Shown here piece after piece: positions 30,064 through 39,956 of a DNA stretch of 64,000 nt. The translations under genes and the position numbers were made by a program. The stretch comes from a virus: positions 30,390 to 94,389 of the IMG/VR virus record IMGVR_UViG_3300017917_002740; one strand, written 5' to 3'. Below the pieces are notes generated by a model. The model searched no databases, had not been told where the DNA came from, and saw nothing but the letters and a program-made list of their open reading frames with translations. Each line of letters opens with the position of its first letter. The stretch's first letter is position 1.

Positions 30064-30258
30064 TTATTTTGCCTTGGCTTCTTTGCGGGCGTTTTTTTCT
30101 GCTGTGATTTCATTTCTACGTGCTTTTACTGCTTTACCAACTTCTTGTAGAGCCTTACGAGCTCTTGTACCGGCAGCCGAGTTACCTGCTGCGAATTTTG
30201 CATCTTCTGCTAAGAAAGCTTCGAATGCTGCTTTTAGTTGTTCTACTGTGTTTGACAT
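30064..30258 (-). CDS. Histone H1-like Hc1-family protein
   Basis: GNSAAGTRARKAL..K..RNEI motif. GAGG SD. Confidence 0.7.
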   Translation of the reverse strand: MSNTVEQLKAAFEAFLAEDAKFAAGNSAAGTRARKALQEVGKAVKARRNEITAEKNARKEAKAK

Positions 30259-30299
30259 AATAATTCCTCTTGTTATGTGTCTTTACTTATAAAAGTATT

Positions 30300-30410
30300 T
30301 GGTGTGGCCGGTAGGATTCGAACCTACAGAGGCTGTGTCTAAGACGGCGCCCCATTCCCAAGTGCGTTTCGCAACGGACTGGAGGTCTACCATATTCCAC
30401 TGACGACCAC
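30300..30410 (-). ncRNA. Atypical tRNA-like RNA (Leu-like body, no canonical anticodon loop), 111 nt
   Basis: Acceptor stem GTGGTCG/CGGCCAC, A73 and encoded CCA. T arm GTAGG-TTCGAAT-CCTAC. D loop GGAATATGGTAGAC. Confidence 0.75.
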
Positions 30411-30416
30411 ATGTAT

Positions 30417-30445
30417 ATTATATACTCGGCTTTTGCGATCTGCAA
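30417..30445 (-). promoter_or_regulatory. sigma70-like promoter for the tRNA-like RNA
   Basis: TTGCAG, 17-nt spacer, TATAAT. The -10 lies 6 nt before the RNA 5' end. Confidence 0.65.
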
Positions 30446-30473
30446 CCTAATAGCGGTTAAATAACAGCAGTTT

Positions 30474-31574
30474 ATGAATACCTATACGCAAATTGAACCT
30501 TTTGGTACACCGCATTTTCAAATTACCTGGGAAGCTACTTTAAAATGCAATTTGGATTGCAGCTATTGTAGCCCCAATGATCACAACAATAAGATACCTC
30601 ATCCAAAATTAGAGGACTGTCTTAAGACTGTAGACTTTCTTTTGGAATATGTCGATGTGTATATGCAGAACAAAAATCCTGCTCATCGAAATGCAGGCTT
30701 CAATGTGTTCGGCGGTGAAAGCCTTTTCCATCCAGACATTGTAGAAATACTGACTTACATTAAAGAACAGCATAAAAAATACGAACATCGCTGGACTATG
30801 GCAGTGCAGACTGTGACAAACGCTGTAGTCAAAGAAAAAATTTGGAAAGAAATTGTTCCTTTGATTGATTACTTCACTGTAAGTTATCATAGCGAAGCAA
30901 CCGTAGAACAGCAAGATTTGGTAAGACAAAATTTATTAATGCTGAAAGCAAACAACAAAAGATTTACCTGTTCTATATTGATGCATGCAGGACGATGGGA
31001 CAATTGTCAAAGCATGATACAATGGTGCAAGGACAACGATATTCCTCATCTTCCAAGACAGATAGATCACAGTTGGCATGATCTAAAATTTTGGTATAAC
31101 AAAGAACAAACACAATGGTGGAATGAACATAGAGGTATTGACACTGACATTCCCCTACACAAAAAAATTATCAATATCGTAAATTTAGACAGTCAAGGTC
31201 GTAGCTGTTGTGGAGGAACTGAGCTAAGTGTTAATGGTAATACTTCTTGTTCACAGACATACATACCAGGTAATAATTTTAAAGGCTGGAGTTGCAGTGT
31301 AAATTACTTTTTTGCCTATGTAAAACAGGTGACCAAAGAAGTATTTTTAAACAAAGATTGCATGATGAACTTTGACGGCAAAGTAGCACCTATAGGAACT
31401 GTAGATCAAGGTGCTGAAATCATAGCAGATCTAAAAAGAAATTTTGCCAACAATACTATGCCTGTGGTTACCTGTGCCAAGTCTAAGTGCTGGTGTGGAT
31501 TGTGCGCTCCTAAGGCGCACGACAGATCGACTTTCGATACTATGATGGAAAAGTATGTCACAGATACCGTTTGA
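30474..31574 (+). CDS. Radical SAM protein with C-terminal Cys-rich (SPASM/twitch-like) domain
   Basis: CNLDCSYC, FGGES, and C-terminal C..CAKSKCWCGLC. Confidence 0.9.
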   Translation: MNTYTQIEPFGTPHFQITWEATLKCNLDCSYCSPNDHNNKIPHPKLEDCLKTVDFLLEYVDVYMQNKNPAHRNAGFNVFGGESLFHPDIVEILTYIKEQHKKYEHRWTMAVQTVTNAVVKEKIWKEIVPLIDYFTVSYHSEATVEQQDLVRQNLLMLKANNKRFTCSILMHAGRWDNCQSMIQWCKDNDIPHLPRQIDHSWHDLKFWYNKEQTQWWNEHRGIDTDIPLHKKIINIVNLDSQGRSCCGGTELSVNGNTSCSQTYIPGNNFKGWSCSVNYFFAYVKQVTKEVFLNKDCMMNFDGKVAPIGTVDQGAEIIADLKRNFANNTMPVVTCAKSKCWCGLCAPKAHDRSTFDTMMEKYVTDTV

Positions 31575-32526
31575 TAAAATAATTAGATTCGGTCAACAGA
31601 CAATGTTAGACACTGATTTATTTTCAGTAAGCTGGATCCTGGGTAGATTCTGTAACTACAAGTGTTCATATTGCTGGCCTTATGCTCGTACAGATAAACC
31701 AGATCACTATGAGCTTGAAGTTTATCAAAGAACCATAGATGAAATTAAAACACAGTCTCGAGCAAATGGATTTACAAGATTTCATTGGAGTTTCAGCGGA
31801 GGTGAGCCCACAGCTTATAAACAATTTTTAGAAGTTGTTCGTCATCTTGACGACGGAGCAATAACACCCTATCAAAGCATACACATGACTACCAATCTTT
31901 CGCCCGGAACAAAGTGGTGGAAGTCTTGGTGTCAAGCCACAGAAGTATTACAGCGTAGAAGCATCACGGCCAGCTATCATGCAGAACATGCCAAAGAAGA
32001 TGAGTTCGGAGACAAGTGTCTAAAACTAATGAATGAAAATGTCTTTGTCACAGTTAATCAAGTTATGGTTCCTGATCAGTTCTATGAAACTTTAGAACGC
32101 TGCTATAGACTAAAATCCAGAGGAATAAATGTAACTCTAAAACCACAGAGCGATCCTACTGCCAGTTTTGTAGTCAGTGGCTACACCGATGAAATGCTAA
32201 GGATAATGCAAGAAGAATTCCAGCAACAGGTCAAGGGTGAAAATCTTTACCAAATTAGACTGTCAGACGGTACGCAAGATTATTATATAGATCAAGCAGA
32301 AAGATTCAATGCTTTTGGTTTTAACCGTTTTCAAGGTTGGAGTTGCAATAGTGGCTATCAAAGTGTTATAATTAGAGAGAATGAGGTTAAAAGATCTTAC
32401 AGTTGCCACGATAAACCTTTAGGAACTCTAACTGAAGGGTTTAAACTTTTCGAGCAACCAGCAAAATGTATTACTCCGAGCTGTGTAAGTTCGGCAGACA
32501 GCAAGGTACCAAAAAGTAAAATATGA
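31555..32526 (+). CDS. Radical SAM protein (twitch-like C-terminus)
   Basis: CNYKCSYC, SGGEP and TTN motifs. C-terminal CNSG..C..CITPSC. Confidence 0.9.
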   Translation: MSQIPFDKIIRFGQQTMLDTDLFSVSWILGRFCNYKCSYCWPYARTDKPDHYELEVYQRTIDEIKTQSRANGFTRFHWSFSGGEPTAYKQFLEVVRHLDDGAITPYQSIHMTTNLSPGTKWWKSWCQATEVLQRRSITASYHAEHAKEDEFGDKCLKLMNENVFVTVNQVMVPDQFYETLERCYRLKSRGINVTLKPQSDPTASFVVSGYTDEMLRIMQEEFQQQVKGENLYQIRLSDGTQDYYIDQAERFNAFGFNRFQGWSCNSGYQSVIIRENEVKRSYSCHDKPLGTLTEGFKLFEQPAKCITPSCVSSADSKVPKSKI

Positions 32527-33044
32527 TTCATGTATTCGGTGATAGCTTTTCTATAGATAACAGTAACGATAGTTGGGTTACTCGCTTGAATGCAACCTCG
32601 TATTCTACCTGCGGAGCAAGCGAATACAGAATATGGAAAACTTATCAAAGCAATAAACACCTAATTAAACCAAATGACACTGTTTTATTTTGTCATACTT
32701 TTCCGTATAGAGTTTTTTTAAAAAACAACAGTACATTGTTAAGCAGATTGTTACCTTCTCATCCTTTTTGCGATATCATCATCAATGATATCATTGCTAA
32801 GAAAGAATCAAAATTTATAAGTGTTTTAAAAACTATATGGGACGAAGATTATTTTTATGACACTTACCTGTTACTTGTTAATGATTTAAAGAAAGTTCCT
32901 AATAGCTTTCACTTTACTTTTTTTGAATCTACTCTAATGCATTCATTTTACGAAACATGGATAAACAACAAAGGAAACATCAATCATTTAACTGTAAGTG
33001 GTAACAATGCTGTTTATAGGGACATTAAAAAGTGGATAGATTAA
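32523..33044 (+). CDS. SGNH/GDSL-like protein
   Basis: VFGDSF..GAS..NHL. Confidence 0.55.
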   Translation: MIHVFGDSFSIDNSNDSWVTRLNATSYSTCGASEYRIWKTYQSNKHLIKPNDTVLFCHTFPYRVFLKNNSTLLSRLLPSHPFCDIIINDIIAKKESKFISVLKTIWDEDYFYDTYLLLVNDLKKVPNSFHFTFFESTLMHSFYETWINNKGNINHLTVSGNNAVYRDIKKWID

Positions 33045-33652
33045 TAGCATTCGGATCATCATACACATACGGCGACGGATTACCAGATACGTTTCCCGAG
33101 AATACTACGCCAAGCAAACTGGCATGGCCAAGTATTTTAGCCGCTGAACTTAATTTGGAATGTGTTAATATGAGTTCGAGGGGTGCAAGTAATAGAAAAA
33201 TATGGCACGACATTCTGCATTTTAAATTTGAACCTAATGATGTTGTTTTTATATTATGGGCATTTCCAAATCGACATACTATTTTTGATTCTAAGTTAGA
33301 ATTTAGAAACTTATTGCCGTCAGGAGTTAATAAATCAAACGAAGCTGATGCCTATTATCGCTATATCTATACCGAGTATGATTCGGCATTGACTACTAAA
33401 CTGTATATCAATCACGCCAACCAACTGATATTGTCTAATAACATACAGGTACATCATTTATTACTGAACATAGAAAGCAAAGACCTTTTTGAATTAGGTG
33501 GCCAGAAGATAGAATTTATTCCTTTGGCATTTGAAGATTCGTATAAAACAGCATATCCTTTAAGTATTGATAAACTACATCCGGGTGAAAAATGTCATAG
33601 AGCGTTTGCCAAAGATATTTCGCAGTGGTTAAAACAGCAAGGATTATTTTAA
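33032..33652 (+). CDS. SGNH/GDSL-like hydrolase or acyltransferase
   Basis: AFGSSYTYG..GASN..DKLHPG..H. Confidence 0.65.
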   Translation: MDRLIAFGSSYTYGDGLPDTFPENTTPSKLAWPSILAAELNLECVNMSSRGASNRKIWHDILHFKFEPNDVVFILWAFPNRHTIFDSKLEFRNLLPSGVNKSNEADAYYRYIYTEYDSALTTKLYINHANQLILSNNIQVHHLLLNIESKDLFELGGQKIEFIPLAFEDSYKTAYPLSIDKLHPGEKCHRAFAKDISQWLKQQGLF

Positions 33653-33653
33653 T

Positions 33654-34250
33654 ATGCAAATTGATTTAAAACATCTACACCACTGGATGCAGGCTATAAG
33701 ACAAAGTCCGGATCCTATAAGAACAATGGACGCATTCTGGCAAGGGCAATTAAACAGTAAAGTATGGCTGATTAATGAATTAAGAAAACATGTCGACAGA
33801 TTTGTTACTGTGGACATACACGGTGGTTGGGTTGGAGTGTTAGCCAGTCTTATGTTCCAAAGTAATTTGCCTATAAAATCTATTCGAAGCATAGACATTG
33901 ATCTTCAGTGCGAACCTTTGGCCAAAGAAATGAATAGGTTAGAAGAAACATCAGGTAGGTTTACAGCCGTTACTGCAGATATGTGTGATATTGTTAGCGA
34001 TGCTGATGTAGTTGTTAACACCAGCTGTGAACATATAACACAAGAACAATACGATCGATGGTTAGCTGGATTGAAGTCAACCAGTATATTGGTATTACAG
34101 AGTAATAATTTTCCCATACCAGAACATGTAAGAATAGTAGAGAGCTTGCAGGAGTTTATAGATCAGTCCGATGTAGAAGTACTATGGTCAGGCGAAATGC
34201 AGTTGCACCTTTATACCAGATATATGATTATAGGAAAGAAGCGTGTTTAA
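33654..34250 (+). CDS. Class I SAM-dependent methyltransferase-like protein
   Basis: DIHGGWVG, SIDID, ADM and NTSCEH motifs. Confidence 0.65.
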   Translation: MQIDLKHLHHWMQAIRQSPDPIRTMDAFWQGQLNSKVWLINELRKHVDRFVTVDIHGGWVGVLASLMFQSNLPIKSIRSIDIDLQCEPLAKEMNRLEETSGRFTAVTADMCDIVSDADVVVNTSCEHITQEQYDRWLAGLKSTSILVLQSNNFPIPEHVRIVESLQEFIDQSDVEVLWSGEMQLHLYTRYMIIGKKRV

Positions 34251-35343
34251 TTTCAAAGAATTAAAAAGTGTACACATAGAGATATCTAACAGATGTCAAG
34301 CATCTTGTCCTATGTGTCCAAGAAATATAAACAGCGGCATAGAGAATCCATTAATTAAAAATGCTGATTGGACTCTGGAAGAATTTAAAACTGTGTTCAA
34401 TCAGGAAGTATTGGCGCAGTTAGAAAAGATCTCCTTCTGCGGAACGTTTGGCGATCCAATGATGAATGGCGATCTTATTGCTATGTGTCAATATGTAACT
34501 GATAATGCTCCCCATATGGACATAAGAATACACACCAACGGCAGCGCCAGAAATATCAAATGGTGGAAACAGTTGGCCAAATCACTGCCTAAAAAGCATC
34601 TTATTGAATTTGGCATAGATGGGTTGACAGATACTCATCATTTACACAGAGTAGGAACCAACTTTGAAAGAATAATCGATCATGCTCGAGCAGTAATTGA
34701 AGAAGGTGCCAAAGCTTCTTGGTTGTTTATTAGATTCAAGCACAATGAACACCAGGTAGAACAGGCTCGTGCTATGAGCAAAGAACTGGGATTTGATCAG
34801 TTTGTACTAAAAAATACAAGAAGATTTACAGACGAAAAATTTATAGTGTTGGATAGAGATGGTAAGTTTTCACACTTCTTAGAAATGCCCACGGGTAATG
34901 TGGTAAACTTTGTCAACAAAAAAGATCTCGAAGATCATCAGTCGTGGCCCAATGCCACTGACATCAACTGTTTTGCACTGGATTCAAATGAAATTTATAT
35001 CGATGCCAATTTCACTGTGATGCCTTGCTGTATTATTGCTGCCTTTTTGTATACAAATTATGACAATGAAATACAAAAACAGCACGGACTCTATGACGCC
35101 GCAACATCTGTAAATAGTGTAGGCGATCAGATACAAAAACAAGTTTACGAAATAATCGATGAACTTGGCGGATTGAACAGTTTGGATGCAAGACAGCAGG
35201 GAATAAAACAGATCATCAACAGTGATCGATGGCAGACTATATGGCATGAAAAGTGGAACACCAACACTTCGGCCTGCTGTACTGTAATGTGCAGTGCAGA
35301 CAGTCCTTACACTAAACTAAAAGAACAACTAATTACTGAATAA
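34243..35343 (+). CDS. Radical SAM/SPASM protein
   Basis: CQASCPMC, GTFGDP, HTNG, GIDG, and C..YIDA..PCC..C..C. Confidence 0.9.
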   Translation: MFNFKELKSVHIEISNRCQASCPMCPRNINSGIENPLIKNADWTLEEFKTVFNQEVLAQLEKISFCGTFGDPMMNGDLIAMCQYVTDNAPHMDIRIHTNGSARNIKWWKQLAKSLPKKHLIEFGIDGLTDTHHLHRVGTNFERIIDHARAVIEEGAKASWLFIRFKHNEHQVEQARAMSKELGFDQFVLKNTRRFTDEKFIVLDRDGKFSHFLEMPTGNVVNFVNKKDLEDHQSWPNATDINCFALDSNEIYIDANFTVMPCCIIAAFLYTNYDNEIQKQHGLYDAATSVNSVGDQIQKQVYEIIDELGGLNSLDARQQGIKQIINSDRWQTIWHEKWNTNTSACCTVMCSADSPYTKLKEQLITE

Positions 35344-36434
35344 TGTATACCTATAAAGAAATAAGAGTGCTGCACGTAGAATTGACATCTAACTGTCAAG
35401 CATCCTGTCCTATGTGTGCCCGCAATCATCATGGTGGTTTAGAGAATCCACTTCTAAAAGTCAATGATATACCGTTAGAAGTATTCAAGAAAATTTGTCC
35501 CGGTGACTTTATCAAACAATTGCACACAATTACCATGTGCGGTAATTTTGGTGATCCTATTTTACATAAAGACTTAATCAAAATTGTTGAATATATCAAA
35601 CAAGAAAACGTAGGCATACACATAGACTTACACACTAACGGCGGTGCGAGAACTGTTAAATGGTGGAGAGAGTTGGCCAAGGCATTGCCCGAGCGTCATG
35701 TCGTACAGTTTGGTATAGACGGACTGGCTGACACTCATCACTTGTATCGAGTAGGAACAAGTTTCGATAAGATCATTGAAAATGCCAAAGCCTTTATCAG
35801 TGAAGGCGGTAAGGCAAGATGGAATTTTATAACCTTCAAACACAATGAACATCAACTGGAGGCCTGCAAACAGATGGCCAAGGATTTAGGGTTTGATAGT
35901 TTCTATGAAAAACAGACCAGCAGATTTATCGGTAATCCTTGGTTTGATGTCTACGATAAAAATGGTAATACCACTCATAGATTAGAAGGGCCCACTGAAC
36001 AAAAATTAATTTTTGTTGATAGAAAAACTGTGGAAAATTACAAAGAAGTTATAGCTCGTGCTAAAATAGTCTGTGAAGTAGAAGAACAAAAAAGTGTTTA
36101 CATAGATGCATTAGGTTATCTGTTCCCTTGTTGCTTTGTAGGTGCAACACCTTATATACATTCCTATGAACATCAGTTAGTCCATGCTTTTAGATTAGAT
36201 AGCCAAAACAGCCTTAACCAGTTATTGGATAAGTTTGGCGGTATAGAATACTTTAATTTGCAAAACAGATCTATACAAGAAATCATAGACAGTGACAATT
36301 GGCAAACTCTTTGGAATCAAAGTTTCGAAGGTAATAAATTACACGTCTGCGCCAGAACTTGCGGCAAGTTCGAGGAACCAACGATCAGTCAGTGTAGAGA
36401 TCAATTTTTAGATTTAGAGAAATTCAATGAATAA
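35343..36434 (+). CDS. Radical SAM/SPASM protein (tandem paralog of the previous gene)
   Basis: CQASCPMC, GNFGDP, HTNG, PCC and CARTC. Confidence 0.9.
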   Translation: MYTYKEIRVLHVELTSNCQASCPMCARNHHGGLENPLLKVNDIPLEVFKKICPGDFIKQLHTITMCGNFGDPILHKDLIKIVEYIKQENVGIHIDLHTNGGARTVKWWRELAKALPERHVVQFGIDGLADTHHLYRVGTSFDKIIENAKAFISEGGKARWNFITFKHNEHQLEACKQMAKDLGFDSFYEKQTSRFIGNPWFDVYDKNGNTTHRLEGPTEQKLIFVDRKTVENYKEVIARAKIVCEVEEQKSVYIDALGYLFPCCFVGATPYIHSYEHQLVHAFRLDSQNSLNQLLDKFGGIEYFNLQNRSIQEIIDSDNWQTLWNQSFEGNKLHVCARTCGKFEEPTISQCRDQFLDLEKFNE

Positions 36435-37845
36435 AACCTTTTGGCTACAGCCTGAAACTACCCAATTGGGTGATTGGCAAAAACAAATAACTGATCTCAC
36501 AGGCAGTCCCAGTTTCTGTGTGCTGCCCTGGATACACTTGGCCACACGTCCCAATGGTGATATGCGTATATGTTGTGTGGCCAATGCCAGTGGTGCAGAC
36601 AGCGGAGACTATACCGTAGGTTTGGTCAAGATGGAAGATGGTCAGCCCGCTAACTTTGGTCATAATTTACCTACAGAAGCATTTAACAATGACTACATGA
36701 AATCTGTACGTAAAACAATGTTGGCTGGAGAAGTACCTGCCAGTTGTTTGAAATGCTATGAAGAAGAACAACAGGGTATAGCCAGTAAACGAATATGGGA
36801 AACAGGCACGTGGCATCTGCAAGAACAGATCGATATCAAAGAACTAATAGCTGAAACCACAGAAGATGGCACAGTACCATATAATCTTCGATACTTAGAT
36901 CTTAGATTAGGACATACCTGCAATTTAAAATGTATCATGTGTTCACCTCATGACAGTAGTATGTGGGTCCCTGAGCATAAGAAAGTGTTTCCTATATTCC
37001 AAAGTCCGCTGATCAAAAAACAAATGGATTGGGATCCCAATAAGTTTGACAATAATTGGCATGAAAATCCCAAGTTCTGGGAAGAAATATTCGAACAGAT
37101 TCCTAACATCAGGCAGTTGTATTTTGCAGGTGGAGAGCCTTTATTGATCAAAGAACACAAACTGTTTCTCAAAGAAATTATACGTAGAGGCTATGCCAGC
37201 CAGATAGGTCTAAGATACAATACCAATGGCATTTTAGTCAATGAAGAAATTATAGAAATCTGGGAACACTTTAAAAAGGTCAAAGTGGGCATTAGTTTAG
37301 ATGCCATAGGAGATCGAGTAAACTATATTAGATATCCCACAGAGTGGTCTGTGGTAGAACAAAATCTCTGGAGATTAGAAAACACCAGTGATAAAATACA
37401 GACCAATATTGCTCTGGCTGTACAGATATTAAACATCAAACATGTTCCAGATTTCATCAAGTGGAAAGTTCGCAGCGGATTTAAAAAATTAAATTTTGAT
37501 ACCAATGCCGCAGGTCAAGTTGCTGGCGGCGGATTAGTGGGTGTTCACTTGTTGTGGATTCCTACTTGGCTAAGTCTACGTGTATTGCCCAAAGAAGATA
37601 AGGCAGAAGTTAGAGAACTATTTGTAGAACTGCAACAATGGTTATGGGACAACTATACCAAAGATCCCGAATTCTGGGAAAAGAATCCGTATGGATGGAA
37701 ACGTTGGGAAGGTATACTGGATTGGATGGATGCAGAAGATCACACAAATCTACTACCAGACTTTCGAGAGTATATCGCGACCATGGACGCTCAACGTGGT
37801 ACAGACTTTAAAACTGTATTTCCGGAATTAGCTCATCTGCTATGA
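36427..37845 (+). CDS. Radical SAM protein with N-terminal twitch/SPASM domain
   Basis: N-terminal CVLPW..ICC..CLKC, followed by CNLKCIMC, AGGEP and YNTN. Confidence 0.9.
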   Translation: MNKTFWLQPETTQLGDWQKQITDLTGSPSFCVLPWIHLATRPNGDMRICCVANASGADSGDYTVGLVKMEDGQPANFGHNLPTEAFNNDYMKSVRKTMLAGEVPASCLKCYEEEQQGIASKRIWETGTWHLQEQIDIKELIAETTEDGTVPYNLRYLDLRLGHTCNLKCIMCSPHDSSMWVPEHKKVFPIFQSPLIKKQMDWDPNKFDNNWHENPKFWEEIFEQIPNIRQLYFAGGEPLLIKEHKLFLKEIIRRGYASQIGLRYNTNGILVNEEIIEIWEHFKKVKVGISLDAIGDRVNYIRYPTEWSVVEQNLWRLENTSDKIQTNIALAVQILNIKHVPDFIKWKVRSGFKKLNFDTNAAGQVAGGGLVGVHLLWIPTWLSLRVLPKEDKAEVRELFVELQQWLWDNYTKDPEFWEKNPYGWKRWEGILDWMDAEDHTNLLPDFREYIATMDAQRGTDFKTVFPELAHLL

Positions 37846-39083
37846 AAAAAATCTGTGTCTTGCCTTTCATGCACACACTGATATTGCCTAACGGTGATAT
37901 TAATCTTTGCTGTAACAGTGAAGTTCGTGAAGGCATGCCAAATGTACAAGATCAAGGATTAGATAATATTCTTAATAATCCTCATCATGTAGAAATACGC
38001 AGACAGATGATAGCTGGTGAACAACCTGATATATGTAGGCGCTGTTGGGACAATGAAAAATTAGGTATGAAAAGTTATCGACAACAGATGAATTTTACCT
38101 ATATGAAATATTTTCCTCGTATATTGCGCACAGAAATATCTGGAAAGATTCCATTAGGAGTAAAATACTTCGATGTGCGTTTTAATAATACCTGTAATCT
38201 AAAATGTGTAATGTGCTCCAGCAGTTACAGTTCTGCATGGATTGACGATGAAAAGAAACTGATGCCGATGATCAAAGACGACTCTCTCAACGGCGAATTA
38301 AAATACAGAATCGATCACTATGACAAGGAATCTTTTAAGTGGGCTAAAGATGACGACATTTTAGAAACAATTATTAAAAATGCTGAAAGTTTAGAACGTA
38401 TTCATTTTGCTGGTGGAGAACCATTATTGGCCAAACAGCATGATACATTAATTAAAGAATTAATTAGAATAAAATTAGCACCTAAATTATTTTTAAGTTA
38501 TAATACCAATGCTGAGTTTATCACGCAAGAGACTTTAGACCTGTGGAGTCATTTCAAAAGAGTAAGAATATTTTACAGTATGGATGACATCGGTGAACGT
38601 AATGAATACATTCGGTTCCCCAGCAAGTGGTCAACGCATGAGAAAAATTTAGAGTTGATCGAAAAAAGCAGCCCTAAAAACATCGAATGGCGCATAGCTG
38701 CTACTATCAGTGTTTTAAATGTCGCATACATTCCGGAATTTGTGGAGTGGAAAATATCTCGAAACTTTAAAAACTTTCATAACAGTTGGATGGATGGTGC
38801 TTTGTTGTATGCCAATATTTTAGAATATCCCAAATATCTTAATATGAATGTATTGCCAAACAACGTCAAAGACAGTATCATACATAAATTAGAAACACAT
38901 CAAGTTCCTAAAAAATATAAAAAACATTATGAAAGCATCGTCTATAATATGAGAAATTATATCTACGACGAATCCCACACTGAACACTTACCTGTATTAA
39001 AAGAATATCTGGAAGGATTAGACAGTGTCAGAGGAACTGACTACAAGAAAACGTTTCCGTTAATTGGCGACTTGCTTGGTTAA
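37842..39083 (+). CDS. Radical SAM protein with N-terminal twitch/SPASM domain
   Basis: CVLPF..LCC..CRRC, then CNLKCVMC and AGGEP. Confidence 0.9.
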   Translation: MKKICVLPFMHTLILPNGDINLCCNSEVREGMPNVQDQGLDNILNNPHHVEIRRQMIAGEQPDICRRCWDNEKLGMKSYRQQMNFTYMKYFPRILRTEISGKIPLGVKYFDVRFNNTCNLKCVMCSSSYSSAWIDDEKKLMPMIKDDSLNGELKYRIDHYDKESFKWAKDDDILETIIKNAESLERIHFAGGEPLLAKQHDTLIKELIRIKLAPKLFLSYNTNAEFITQETLDLWSHFKRVRIFYSMDDIGERNEYIRFPSKWSTHEKNLELIEKSSPKNIEWRIAATISVLNVAYIPEFVEWKISRNFKNFHNSWMDGALLYANILEYPKYLNMNVLPNNVKDSIIHKLETHQVPKKYKKHYESIVYNMRNYIYDESHTEHLPVLKEYLEGLDSVRGTDYKKTFPLIGDLLG

Positions 39084-39956
39084 CGGTATATCAGCAGCAC
39101 AGGTACACCAATCTCTACTACAGGTTATAGCCTGTAATTGTTCAGTAAATGTACCTTGATAAATGTTGCCCAAGCTGCCGCCTACACGACAGGTAGCACG
39201 ATATACTTCACCGTCCCAGTTAATCATAAGACTTTCGATACCTGCATTACAAGTCCAGCCTTTGAATTGATTTAGATGTTTTTTAATAACATCGTTGGCA
39301 TGCATGATTTTTTCACCGTCGATGATACAGTTGGGTTTTACAGTAGCATCTTGAGCAAGTATCCATTCGAGATCTTTGCCATCATAACGCATGTCATCAA
39401 ACACATTGTGATCACCTTCAGTCCAGCGTATTCTACGCACAGCAAATTTTACACCTATTTCTTGGAATTTTTTAACCACAGTTCGAACATGTTCCATTTT
39501 ATCATGATGCGCCATGACATTTACAAAAAAGTCTCGTTCGGTGCTGTCGTAGTATTTTAGAATAGTGTCGACTATGCGAGTCCATTCGTGTTCAAAATGT
39601 AAACTGAAAATAATATGATTCCAATACATCTCATTGTCCAAGTACCAACGATAACCCCGTGTGCCATTTGTAGTTACATTTACCCAAAATACGTTTTTGC
39701 GTTTCATGTAGTCTAATAGATCTTCTATGTTAGGATGCACACAGGGCTCGCCTCCAGTTAAACTGATGCGTAAAGGTTTATCGAGCTCACAAAGCCTATC
39801 TACAGTTTTTTCCAAGATATTGATATCTGTGTGAGGGCTGAAGTTGTCATGTATGCTGGCTGGGCAATATGAGCAATCGTAGTTGCAGCGTTTGCCAAGA
39901 TTCCATTCTATCTTGATTTGATCTTGATGAGGCCATGCAGATGTTATTTTAAACAT
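39060..39956 (-). CDS. Radical SAM protein (twitch-like C-terminus)
   Basis: CNYDCSYC, TGGEP, TTNG, and CNAG..C..CSRDWCTC. Confidence 0.9.
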   Translation of the reverse strand: MFKITSAWPHQDQIKIEWNLGKRCNYDCSYCPASIHDNFSPHTDINILEKTVDRLCELDKPLRISLTGGEPCVHPNIEDLLDYMKRKNVFWVNVTTNGTRGYRWYLDNEMYWNHIIFSLHFEHEWTRIVDTILKYYDSTERDFFVNVMAHHDKMEHVRTVVKKFQEIGVKFAVRRIRWTEGDHNVFDDMRYDGKDLEWILAQDATVKPNCIIDGEKIMHANDVIKKHLNQFKGWTCNAGIESLMINWDGEVYRATCRVGGSLGNIYQGTFTEQLQAITCSRDWCTCAADIPLTKQVAN

